Below are positions 22,871-33,684 of a stretch of 33,684 nt of DNA, piece by piece. Position 1 is the stretch's first letter, and each line of letters opens with the position of its first letter. The notes under the pieces are model-generated. The model did not search any database, was not told the origin of the DNA, and worked only from the letters and a program-made list of their open reading frames with translations. The translations under genes were made by a program, and so were the position numbers. Where the stretch lies: contig NKIB01000316.1 in NCBI GenBank assembly GCA_002256025.1, positions 1 to 33,684 of the forward strand, given 5' to 3'. The stretch comes from Asterionella formosa. Taxonomy: Eukaryota.

Positions 22871-23665
22871 AAGGGTACCTGGTAAAAGGAACTCTGAAGT
22901 ACCGTTACGACATACTATTACTGGTACGTACCCTGGTACCGGTACCTGGCCCTTGTAAGTTCAGGCCTACACATCACGGTGGAACAGTGAAAACACGTTT
23001 TTAAACTTAAGAAGATAATATAAAGCTAAATATCACGTTCACCGTACCCACTGGAGCACTGGTGTAGTCTACTGGAGTACTCCAACGTAATACCGGTATG
23101 CATCCATAGTTAAGTCTTTTCGAATTATCTACCGGTACGTACGTACAAACAGATACTGTGAGAACAAGAACAAAGAACAAGCAGAAAGAAATGAGCGATC
23201 ATGTCGTGGGAAGGCAGGAGGGACTAGACTACTGTACATAATATTGATCTGCCAGTATGTACACAGTGAGAACTGCTGTAGCTTAATGCTCCCTATTTAC
23301 TGGTACAATAATGATGATGATGATAAAATTTGAACTCTATTCCCAGAACAAGTGCTGGCGAAAGCAATTGACTGGGGATGGTACCAGGTACCAGTATGGT
23401 ATCTGGTAGCAGATACTTTGAGGGAACAACCGGCCGGTGAGCGGTGACCTGTCAATTTGGATGCCCAAGAATGAGGCGAGGTCGTCCTCACGACGATTTT
23501 TTGCTCCACCAGCCGTCGTCGAGGACACAGACATTCTGATGTCGCACAGAAACCTACTTACTACCAGGTACTCCGGTATACTTATTTTACCGGTAGAAGG
23601 TAGAATGTTTTTCTCATCGCTCATTTGCAATTACGATGTACACCACGACATGAATAACAACTGGA

Positions 23666-25531
23666 ATGAATCCTTTGGCAGCAGTAAGAAATCCTTCTGA
23701 TAGCCCTCAAGACTATGATTCTGACTCAAGCAATAATAGGAGTAGACGAGTCACATTCCATTCTACATTTACTTTAGAAGTGGGGCAACAGAAGGACCGA
23801 ATTCTCATCTTTCGATGTGACCATGATGGAGGAGCGATCTCCATTGCTAAGCTGATTTATTCCCCCTCGTCAGCAGCAGCAAATGCCAAAATCATTGCCC
23901 TACATGTCAAGGAACAATATCGTGGACATGATTTGGGGGGATTGTTGGTATCGGAAATGATGCTTCTATTGCAGAGCAAGTGCAAACGCAGTACTAATGA
24001 AGATTCGCCACAGCCGCCGCCGCCAATGATGATGATTACTTTGGAGGCGGAAGAAGATTGTACAAAACACAACAAATTGATTGCATTTTATAATCGTTTA
24101 GGCTTTACTGTCAAACCAAATGTTAAAATACAATTCCTCAACAACAATGATGGAGAAACATATCGAAAGATTCCAATGCAAAGGACCGTAATGGTGCCAA
24201 TGTTGCCAACATTGAAGACTTCACTGATTGGGACATTTTTTTGGCCAATTGAATGGTATACATCCAACTGGAGGAATGGGGTACCAATCAAACTACCAGT
24301 AGTGCAACCATCAAGCACGTCCACTAGTAGCTCTGGTGCTCGACACTGGTTGCTACTGATCCAACAAAACGACAAGATCCAGTTCCGAACAACACAAGGT
24401 CACTATCTACAAGCCAACAATAATGGTGCTTGCACCATGATAAACGAGGAGGCGAAACATGACCAATCTACCTTTTTTTCAATACACAACGTTACCGATA
24501 CTGCAAATATCACCAAAGGAACACACTTTGTCATCCTAGAATCGTCACATGGTACGTTCTTGTCTGTCACTGATACTAGAACTACCAGTGCTACACCCTT
24601 GCTCTGTTGTATCACGACACCAACGATTTGGCAAGTTACAGTTGTTGATGAACAAAGCATGGTCCGGCGTTTCACGTGCACTCTGCATGCACTAGCTTGG
24701 TGGAACCATTGCCACAGGGCTTGGATCCAACAGACTGTCGAATATGTGACTACCATGAGAGAACGATACCTTACATTTGAATTATCTCAAATGTCACTCA
24801 AAGAAGCATTGGATCAAGTGAAGATGATCCCTTTCAATGATTTTAATGCATGCTTACAGGAGGATGTTGTATCTGTACGGACAATTAGCTATTATACTGC
24901 TGAACATGCACGACAAGCTGGCCAACCGGACTGGGTTCAATTCGTTGCATTGGTTCATCAACTGGGAAGTGTCGTGAGGAGGATTGATAATGAATCGTCG
25001 TCATCAGCTACAACGACAACAACAAGAACAACAACAGAATCCGCAGCTGATGATGACTTTGACTGGACAATTACCTCGCCTTCTCGTGTTGTGGGATGTC
25101 TCGCTCCAGACTTGTTTCGTGAATTCTGTCATTGGAACGCTCATGGCGACGCAGATTGCAGTATCAATTATGACAGTACTCCACAAGGGATGTACCAACT
25201 CCATTGTGGTTTGGACCATGTCATGCTGGCATGGACAGGACCTGAATATATGTATCATATGTTTAAATACAATGGCATTGGGATTCCTGACGAAGGACTT
25301 GCCATGTTACGATACTTTGTTCTGGGAGACACAGTGAAGGAATATTCAAGTTTGACCACAGATGACGATTGGGATCGACAAGCCTTTGTTGCAGAATTTG
25401 ATTCCATTCGACGTTTGGCGCGAATGGAATGTACTGTCGACATGTCAGACCAAGAATGTGATGCCTTGTGGGACGATCACTACCAGTACATTGTTGCAAA
25501 ATATTGCGGTAATAGGACTTTGTGTTGGTGA
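23666..25531 (+). CDS. Fusion protein: GNAT acetyltransferase + fascin/beta-trefoil-like repeats + myo-inositol oxygenase (MIOX)-like domain, 621 aa
   Basis: GNAT motif A LHVKEQYRGHDLGGLL and LIAFYNRLGF. Fascin-like IQFRTTQGHYL and VILESSHGTFLSV. MIOX-like QTVEYV..MRERY, TAEHARQ..PDW..ALVHQLG, VVGC, GMY..CGLDHVMLAW..EYMY, YYQ-like HYQYIVAKY and terminal LCW. Confidence 0.85.
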   Translation: MNPLAAVRNPSDSPQDYDSDSSNNRSRRVTFHSTFTLEVGQQKDRILIFRCDHDGGAISIAKLIYSPSSAAANAKIIALHVKEQYRGHDLGGLLVSEMMLLLQSKCKRSTNEDSPQPPPPMMMITLEAEEDCTKHNKLIAFYNRLGFTVKPNVKIQFLNNNDGETYRKIPMQRTVMVPMLPTLKTSLIGTFFWPIEWYTSNWRNGVPIKLPVVQPSSTSTSSSGARHWLLLIQQNDKIQFRTTQGHYLQANNNGACTMINEEAKHDQSTFFSIHNVTDTANITKGTHFVILESSHGTFLSVTDTRTTSATPLLCCITTPTIWQVTVVDEQSMVRRFTCTLHALAWWNHCHRAWIQQTVEYVTTMRERYLTFELSQMSLKEALDQVKMIPFNDFNACLQEDVVSVRTISYYTAEHARQAGQPDWVQFVALVHQLGSVVRRIDNESSSSATTTTTRTTTESAADDDFDWTITSPSRVVGCLAPDLFREFCHWNAHGDADCSINYDSTPQGMYQLHCGLDHVMLAWTGPEYMYHMFKYNGIGIPDEGLAMLRYFVLGDTVKEYSSLTTDDDWDRQAFVAEFDSIRRLARMECTVDMSDQECDALWDDHYQYIVAKYCGNRTLCW

Positions 25532-26025
25532 AGTGTGAAAAGAATCCTGATTTGAACTATAAGGACCACCAGGGGTGAGATAGCAAAGGAATTTATTCTT
25601 CTTGGTATGTTGCTCACAGACTGTGCACTTTCCTCCTGGGCGGATTTTCAAAACACTGATCTTACCGCATTCTACCCCAAAGACAGTACCTGGTACTTCC
25701 CCTGGTCGAAAAGACAGTGAAAACAATGGCTTATTCACACAAAAAGTACGACAAGTCCGTCCATGAAACAAAATAATGTTCCACAGCAACACAACCATTG
25801 AGAATGACAACATTGTTGATAATCCATTACAATGAAAACGACAAAATTGCTTAATATTGATCGAAATGTGAATTTGAATTGTATGTGTATATTATAGCAT
25901 AGATGTTTCCATGAATATAAATTTTTTATTCTATACACTATTGTACCTGATGGTTGTTGTACCCCAATATGTGCGTAGAGGTTGGTCTTGCAAAAGTGCA
26001 AAGGCCATGGCAATACGTTTTATAA

Positions 26026-27564
26026 CTAGCTAGGAGGATATGTTAGCATAACTTGCCCAAGTCGATCGTACTCTTTCAATTCATTGTAAATGTGACATGA
26101 GAGTCTCACATATAGGATCCCATTGATGCATTTGATGGGCACTTCAATGTGATGGTCAAACAAAAAATCTTGAATCTGTTTGGCATCGGCTGATGTTTTC
26201 GGTGGGGCTTCCATCATCGTTGCCGTTACTCCTTTTCCACAAAGGCGAGATGGCAATTTGACCAATACCATGGGGGAATGCACTGACATGGGACCAAGTG
26301 TCACATGTCCTGGCCAAGACTCCATATCATCACCACAACCATGCCATGATTCTGCCAATATTGAAACAGCAGTAGTTAGTTGCGAATGTATCCATGATCG
26401 TACTAGTGGCGGATGTGCCTTTTCCCAAACGTCCAGTACAACAGGCAATGCCAGTTGTGCAGCATAATCTCGACATCCATCCCAAAGGAATCGACTCAAA
26501 TATCCATCATCAATCCCATGTGACACTACTGCTGGTCGTTTCAATATAGTATCACGTATCCATGCATGTGGACAATACATCATGGCCACACCACGTGGAC
26601 ATGACAACCACTTGTGTCCATTGGACACATACATGTCAACATTGGTCAACTTTGTAACATTAACATCTTGTGCGAGTAATCCATGTGCCCCATCCACCAA
26701 GACAATCATCCCAAGTTCTTTGGCACGTTTGGACAAGAGTTCAATGGGTACATTGATGGCTGTGTTGGACGTTGTGTGATCTAGAATTAGGAGAGTATTG
26801 TGCCAAGTAGTCGTTGGATCAATACTTGATGACATGAGTGTGTCATCAAGGGCCTGCAGGAAAATGTCATCAGTTCCATCCACTTCGGTCAAGTGTGATA
26901 GATAGTTGGATTGGAATGGTATTTCAATGACAGTATTGCAATATGCGTGTGCCATTTTCTTAACAGTCCCATAGGAAGTATCCCAAATAACAATTTTCGC
27001 GCTTTGCTGGTAGTGTTGCACATACCCAGAAATGGCTGCATTGAGTAGTGATGTAACATTTTGTGCCAATGCCATGCCCTGTTTGTTGTCTTGGGCATTG
27101 CAAAAGGTTGCCATTCGTCTTGCCGAATACACCAAATGCGGTAATAGGTCTCGATCAAAGAAGCGGAGTGGTTGTTCCTCTAAGTAGGCGCGCCATTGGT
27201 GTGCTCGATCGTACCCACATTGCAAGGCGCCTCCAAAGGCACCGTGATTTAAAAAAGTCCAGTTGGTTCGGTCCATCATGAACAACGGATGATGTGACGG
27301 ATTTTGGGTATTGCTGTGATCCGTTGTATTCCCGGTACTTCGGACAAGAGATTCTTGCGAGTCAAAGGGAAGACTAGGAGGAACGTACTCGTCGTCTGAG
27401 CGTGACATGAGGTCCTCGACATTTTCTGAATGGAAGGATCCAATCGATTGATACCCATACGCAGTGCTCATCTTTGTTGTTGTACTCGTCATCCTGTGAT
27501 GCAGTTGATGCATGAGCAATCGTCGGCTCTGGATGTGAGGGCGACCAGTGATGGCAGACAACAT
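26026..27564 (-). CDS. Class V PLP-dependent C-S lyase (hercynylcysteine sulfoxide lyase Egt2 / L-cysteine desulfhydrase / isopenicillin-N epimerase-like), 512 aa
   Basis: Motifs FLNHGAFG, EEQPLRFF, DHTTSNTA, VLVDGAHG, SNGHKW (PLP lysine), WDGCRDY and YVRLSCHIYN. The N-terminus is rich in Arg, Ser and Thr. Confidence 0.92.
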   Translation of the reverse strand: MLSAITGRPHIQSRRLLMHQLHHRMTSTTTKMSTAYGYQSIGSFHSENVEDLMSRSDDEYVPPSLPFDSQESLVRSTGNTTDHSNTQNPSHHPLFMMDRTNWTFLNHGAFGGALQCGYDRAHQWRAYLEEQPLRFFDRDLLPHLVYSARRMATFCNAQDNKQGMALAQNVTSLLNAAISGYVQHYQQSAKIVIWDTSYGTVKKMAHAYCNTVIEIPFQSNYLSHLTEVDGTDDIFLQALDDTLMSSSIDPTTTWHNTLLILDHTTSNTAINVPIELLSKRAKELGMIVLVDGAHGLLAQDVNVTKLTNVDMYVSNGHKWLSCPRGVAMMYCPHAWIRDTILKRPAVVSHGIDDGYLSRFLWDGCRDYAAQLALPVVLDVWEKAHPPLVRSWIHSQLTTAVSILAESWHGCGDDMESWPGHVTLGPMSVHSPMVLVKLPSRLCGKGVTATMMEAPPKTSADAKQIQDFLFDHHIEVPIKCINGILYVRLSCHIYNELKEYDRLGQVMLTYPPS

Positions 27565-29134
27565 TTTATTCCCTGTTTGGAGGTTCTTGCTATTTTTATT
27601 TCTCTATGTATGCGACTGCAACAACTACTGCGGCCGGTGACAAGGATGGCTGATGATTTTGCGGCAGGTCAATGTATAGACAATTACTGCTGAGATGGAG
27701 GGTTCGAGTAATAGTTCCAATATATCGGAATGCACCTTCAAGCGAATGCAAAACGTGATGGTCAAATAATGTGCGTAGGGAAAAATGAGCAAATTGATCA
27801 CCTTGATTAGCTAATATACCGTAGGCAATGAATGACAGGGTTCGGTTGAATGGTCTCTGCTGTCATGTATGCAGCCATCATTCCTGTTCACTTTTATCTC
27901 TCTATCATAAGACTCGATGTCATTATGCTAGTGGATTAGATAGACTTTGCTATTACCAATCTAAATCACGATAATTATTGATTCACTTATTGTGAACTCT
28001 AAAACAGATTATCCTATGATTTGATCCTATCCTAATTGACTAACAGTAAGTAACAGCTGCAGCAGAGCCCTAAAATCCAATGCTCCTCCAGGTATTGGTG
28101 ATTGCATACCGGTAGTAGGCTTTCTTGAATTCGAAACTGGTCGAATAATAATTTCAATCCTTCCAAAGTCAGCAGCACTTTTTGGAGAGAAACCCAGGTG
28201 AGTACGTTTTTCACCAACACCTGCCTTTGTATCAATAATTCTTCCTGCAGGGGAAACTTGTCAGCCCCAACCACCTGAACCTCCCACCATTGCACCATCC
28301 AACATAGATTTCCAGCTTCAGACTTGATTTGGCCAAAAAGAATATGCTCAGACGGTCGACTTGATCTTGTTAGCAGACTTTCCATACTACATACTTTGGC
28401 AAGAACAATATTTTTCTTCTGCCTGCTGGTGATGCAGAGATATTTCTTGGTTGTCATGCATGCTGATGATACCAGATTTGGCTAGTAGCTGACCTCAATT
28501 TTATCATGATTCCATCTGTAGAACCTACAAAAATTATTGCAATTGAAGAATTATGTACAAAAGTGTACACAATCTAGGAATTACTATTGAAGCAAGCCAT
28601 CATGAAGTCAGTTCAGGCATGCCAAGAATGCACCAATGGAAATTCAATTGATGATAAAAACCGTTTGAACCCAAAGCAATATCTATTTGAATGTTGTTAT
28701 TTATGTTTTGGAATATGGAGAAAATGCTGATGATGTTTGTTTGCTCATAATGTTTGGCAATCGAAAATAGCCAGGTGTCATGGACCTCGAAGTAGAATCA
28801 ATCGTTGCTGTGTACATGCTACTAACATTAGTGGCAAATCTTGTCTTCCTAGCGCCATCCAGTACTGCCCTGGACCAGTCAAGACTTTTCTCAGGCCTAC
28901 TTTCATTTGCAAGTACTTATTATTCTTCTGCCTGCTATTTGCAGAAATAATGTCTATTTCCATTTTGACATTCCTCAGTCTACATATCATTGCAGGACAC
29001 CTGGTGACATCAACAGCCTAGTAGTAACAGACACATTCTGACATGTACATTAAGGGGTACAGAGAACACTGGGTTTTTTGGTACCGGTACCCTGGTCACT
29101 AGTAAGAGATAACCATCAGCCACCTACATACCGC

Positions 29135-30415
29135 GCTGGAAAATAACTTGTAACTCAATTTTTCCCCGAAAACCGTTCTTGGCCGATCCTTGTGGCCGCG
29201 TCGGAAACTTGAGTTTTCCTGGTTTTGATTTCCCAAAACTCAAAATATTTTCAGTCACATCAGGAAAATCATCGATATTCCTGACACAGGAGATTAGTCA
29301 TGCTTGGTAAATTGATTTCACACCCAAAGCACTAGATGGAATAGCATTATTACTAGAATTTGACTAGACTGAATATTCATGAATATATAAAACCAGTATG
29401 ATTGCAATCAATAATCGCTCACTCATGGCCTCCTTGTCCTCCTTGCTGTCCTCCCAGAGGGATTCTACTGATAATCCTTGGCAAAATACTGTCTATGGTG
29501 TCATAGTCAATGAGTAGTTGGACTTGATTGCTGAGGATAGCTCGGAAGATGAAGAAAAAACATCGGCGCTGAATGATATTCGCTCCAAAGAAGAGGGAAA
29601 CAAGGCGTCATCTTGGTCCTGAATCATCACAGAGGTCATATTTCTACTCTTAATACATAGTCAAGGCCAACAAATGCATCGACAGGACATCTACGGTTAG
29701 CATATGGAACCCACTTTCACTTTGCAAAATGGAATTGAAACACCAGACTCGAAAATAATCATAAGATGAACTTCTTTTCTCTGTCTTTGAGAAGCTTGTT
29801 GCACGCTTCGATTTGACCTGCAAGCCTCACTTGATTAGCAAGGATAGTATCCATTGGTTCCTGGTTAGGCTGTTGATGATATCATGTGAGTAAATTATAA
29901 AAATGTACATGAAAATAACAGCAAATGTACAAATAATATCAGTGGCCAATAACCCCTACGCCATTGCCAGTATAGTAGCTGTGTCAGGATCCATGCCAGA
30001 CATGCCAGAATGTTAATAATCAAGAAGTCAGCATAGAAATGATCCAACAGGTTGGTTGTTGATGATACACATCCTCATTGTAGAAAAATTCATCAATAGC
30101 GAAAAAATGCTCAATATTCACCATTGTAAGTTTAGCCATCTGATGGAATTCTGGCATGGGAAGGAACGGCTTTTCCAAAAATTTCTAACAACTCTCACAA
30201 TGGAATTCCTTCACAAAAGGAAACAGCTTCTTTTTTGGCATCGGAGAATCACTTCCAGGTTCAAAAAACTTGGGAATTGAAAAATTTAGTAAATCTCCCG
30301 AAAGCGATTTCCCGACTGGTAAGCAAGGGCCAGCTCAATAGAGTAAATATGAAAATATCCATCTTTCCCAATTTCGTGTTGACAGCAACCTTTGGGCCAT
30401 AGCAAGTATTTACCA
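29135..30415. mobile_element. Possible decayed, internally deleted DNA transposon (PIF/Harbinger-like)
   Basis: The ends show weak collinear inverted similarity (tggaaaataacttg..ccttg..gtcgg..ttccca versus the reverse complement of 30270-30415). Two convergent, stop-interrupted ORF starts lie inside (29425 on +, ~29994 on -). Confidence 0.3.
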
Positions 30416-32571
30416 ACTTACACAAAGCAACAATACAAATACATAAGTAATTACTCGCTATATAAATCTGAACAACTCCTTTGTGAAAATAATTAACGTA
30501 TCTTGCAAACTAAGTTCAAACCCTGCATTTACTCCGTTTAGTGGTGGCTTACAGCAGTTCAAAAGTCGTCATAGCCTTGGCTTACAGTTTTCAACTGGTA
30601 CCTACTCCTACCTGATACAGATTATTACATGGCTGAAGGATATAGCAACCGAAACGACATCATCACATTTGTTGTATCTGGGAAATAGGGGATCCTGATG
30701 TATTATACATATATTATTTAAGAATCCTGTATATTAGCTTACCTGTACCTTTTGTTAGCACAATCTACAATCGAAATATACAGAAGCGTGAAAAATGGAG
30801 AATAAAACAGACTCTACTTCAGTTTTGGGTAGATATTCTCCCCATTTACCACTCTAACATTTGTTCTCCACTAGCTTGTAACGCGTACATTTTCTATGGC
30901 CCTGTCAGCAGGGGCTTTTGGGAATAATTGTCTCCCCAAAAGCATCTATAAACAGAGTTTGGAGAGCAAGGGGACAAGATGGCGCTGTTGCTTCAACAAG
31001 AAGTCAAACCAAGATACTACATAATATGGTTGTAAAAGAAGGCACTAAGTAGCTATTTAGGACACAATGATCTCGTAATAATATCATTAAAATGTTGTCA
31101 CTAACCGCGGTTCAGGACATCATGAAAAGGACCAATTCGAATTTCCGGCAAAGTTGGAATAATACAACCCTACAATTTTGTCAAAGAGTCAAATGTAAAC
31201 AAAAAGAACTACACTAATACTATCACAGTGATCCTACCAGCACTGGGAAGCACCTTCTCTCACCATGATGGAGGGAGATGTATATTTACAACAACAAAAT
31301 CGAATCATACTACTGTCCTTGCTACACAGTAATTATAGAGTATGCAACGTCTGCAAATAAAAAGTATTGTGCTTATAAGATCAGGGGTATTGTACAAGAC
31401 CTGACACAGAATTTTTCTGTGCATGATACACATTTTGCTATTTGTGTGATAGGTACGTAACATACATATGAATATTCAATCAGCATGTTTATAAGCTCTA
31501 CGGTTCTTATAAAGTTTGATCAAAATGTTCTTTATTCAATCATCAATTATTTTAAGTCTTCAAATAATAATCCTAATATTGATCAATATTGACTCATAAC
31601 TATAACCACAAGTAATCATACAAATACAGTAATTGAGTAAAAACAATTCAAGTCGAAATCATCACTTTTCTCTTTGAATTTCTCTCGCTCTTCTCATGAT
31701 CATGAATTACTAATTGTATTTACAAAACCATCATCGATTTACCTTAGCTAAATCCTTTGTTATGTATTTGTTCATCTTATACCCACATTAATACCATCAT
31801 ATTGGTAATGAAAGTATCTGTCCAAAATAAGTGGAAATGGATTTTAATTTAACTTCAAAATTTAGAATTGTTTCTATCTATCTATAATAGAGTTGTCACA
31901 CACTGTCTCACTGTTCACTCTCTTGTCTGCTTGCCTGCCATCCCGATTCTGACACAAATGTTACTGACCATTGTCAATGGCGCCCATCAGTGACTCTTTT
32001 GGAGCAGAAGGAACATTGGAATGGTTGCCTTTCATCGTCTTGGACGTGACTGTCACATGGGACAAAAGTGTTGATGTGAGCTTGTTCATCGCTAGGACTT
32101 AAATATTTGAACCCATTAATAGTGCACTCTCCAATAGTTTGGCATTTGTGACCTTTAAAACCATGATCCTGGTGAGCCCAGAAAGCTCAGTCTGGTAAAA
32201 TCTTAGCATGTACTGAATAATTCTTGGCTCACATGTGATTCTGTAACGCATCTTAATGCGGAAAATTTCTCTCTGCACAGTACTACTACTCAAGTGATAA
32301 GAGAGAATTTTTTTCAGTTTTTTCGAGCCGCCATGTACAGCCTTGGTATGGGATGTCCATGCTCAATCTTCCGAAAATACCTTACTACATTCATGGCAAG
32401 ACAAGGGTACCTGTTCCTATTGTTGTGCTCTTTTAAATGCAAGTGTTTCCAAGCCAAGGGAGGCAGGTTACATTGAGCATCAATGCTTCCACCTTTCTTG
32501 CAAAAGTCAGGGAAATAAGTCTTTATCATTTGTGGCATTTAATGCCAAGTAATAATAGTGACAAATTCGAA

Positions 32572-32732
32572 TGCTGAGTCTGGTGCACATGTTTGCAGAG
32601 AAACGAAAAAAGGCTAACTGTTTTGCTGTTGCTGAGGTATATTTGTGAAATTTATCTCAGTGAAGACTCATTTTTTTCTGAATATACAACTTCAAAAACT
32701 TAATTCTATCTCTGTTAAGATCGCCCTGATTC
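32572..32732 (+). repeat. Dispersed repeat, short copy of 15348-15815
   Basis: The two ends of the long copy are joined directly at a shared TGT. Confidence 0.8.
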
Positions 32733-32807
32733 ATGTTCACCCAACACAGAACATGAAGGAGCTCGACTATTGTCGCATTCAAATATTTAGTAATTTGTTG
32801 CATGGAT

Positions 32808-32925
32808 AGGAACGACCATACATGATGACAATACCGCTTCCCGTCTGCTCAGCGAAGTCAAGCATCATCGGGCCCGGTTAGTACTACGGTGGGGGACCAC
32901 GTTGGAATCCCGGGTGTTGTTCTTT
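32808..32925 (+). rRNA. 5S rRNA (single copy in window)
   Basis: AGGAACGACCATAC...CCCGTCTGCTC..GAAGTCAAGC..GGGCCCGGTTAGTACTACGGTGGGGGACCAC..GGAATCCCGGGTGTTGTTC followed by a T5 terminator; ~118 nt. Confidence 0.97.
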
Positions 32926-33684
32926 TTGTACTGGCGGGGGGCACTGGGGGCACTACACCTCCAATATTTTTGCACTACCGGGTACCTATATAATATGACT
33001 ACTGGTACTGTACTACGGTACCTGGTTACCAGTTAAGAACTAAACGCCACCATTATTTTACTCCACCTTCCGACTGAAAATATTTAAGTATTTTATCAAT
33101 CGAAACCTGATGCAAGTACAAAGAGTATGTTAGACAATGCAGCCATTCTACTCAACGAATAAGTAATCAATTTTGATTCAGAGTATAAAGCCATGAAGAT
33201 CTAATTTTTTCAAACTCATTAAGATTGTTGCATAGCACATCTAAGCCGCGTATTACGTGAAGTGACCATCACATAAATAAGCCTAGTTGATTTTGAATGC
33301 ATCACATGAATTAGTTGAATACATCAAAATACGTAGTTGAATATATCTATATATTATCTGAATACATCACGTTAAATATTTGATCTTAGTATCATGCATG
33401 CATTCCTGATCATCACTATATTATGTGATCACCTTCACATAATTATTTGAAATACTTCACGTAATTCTGTAATTTTGTTCACATAATTCTAGAATAAAGT
33501 TCACTTAATATGTAACATTTGTTTACGTAATTTTCTGGAGTTCATTCAACTAAATTAAAGAGTTTCATTAATGAAATAAAGCCTGCTCATTCGGAACGGC
33601 ATGCGAATGCTCCTGCACTGAAAGGGTTTGCTGCAATGTCATTTGAATGTAGAGGAAGATCAGTGTGAGTTATCAGTAGCGTTG

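Noticed and set aside
16427..27564. Operon-like metabolic or detox gene cluster
   Set aside because: Orientations are mixed and functions unrelated (splicing, transport, phosphatase, lyase). Tight spacing is normal for compact algal genomes.
28032..29021. Short ORFs in the right flank (also 32099-32552)
   Set aside because: Fragmented by stops and frameshifts with no recognisable domain. They are probably decayed repeat or gene remnants that I cannot assign.

Overview
Eukaryotic nuclear DNA, most likely from a diatom or related ochrophyte. Evidence: short GT-AG introns, a signal peptide plus ASAFAP-like plastid presequence, a 5S rRNA starting AGGAACGACC, and a Copia-like gag relic. A gene-dense core (5.5-27.6 kb) holds nine protein genes: a 3-exon COG3899-type STAND/AAA ATPase, BRX1, a 4-exon glyoxalase/VOC-like protein probably targeted to the thylakoid lumen, a 3-exon chromate transporter, USP39/SAD1, a histidine phosphatase, a DUF501 protein, a GNAT + fascin-like + MIOX-like fusion, and an Egt2/LCD-like PLP C-S lyase. 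tRNA-Asp(GUC) and a solitary 5S rRNA gene are present. The flanks (0-5 kb, 13.5-16.2 kb, 27.7-33.7 kb) are decayed repeats and transposons, with an assembly gap at 14640-14649. Best leads: (1) a GNAT fused to a myo-inositol oxygenase fold that appears to have lost five of six iron ligands; (2) a candidate box C/D snoRNA in the BRX1 intron with a 12-nt guide to 18S rRNA; (3) an unassigned, heavily base-paired ~330-nt minus-strand segment ending in T5 at 4794-5128. All family calls come from by-eye motif recognition; no searches were run.
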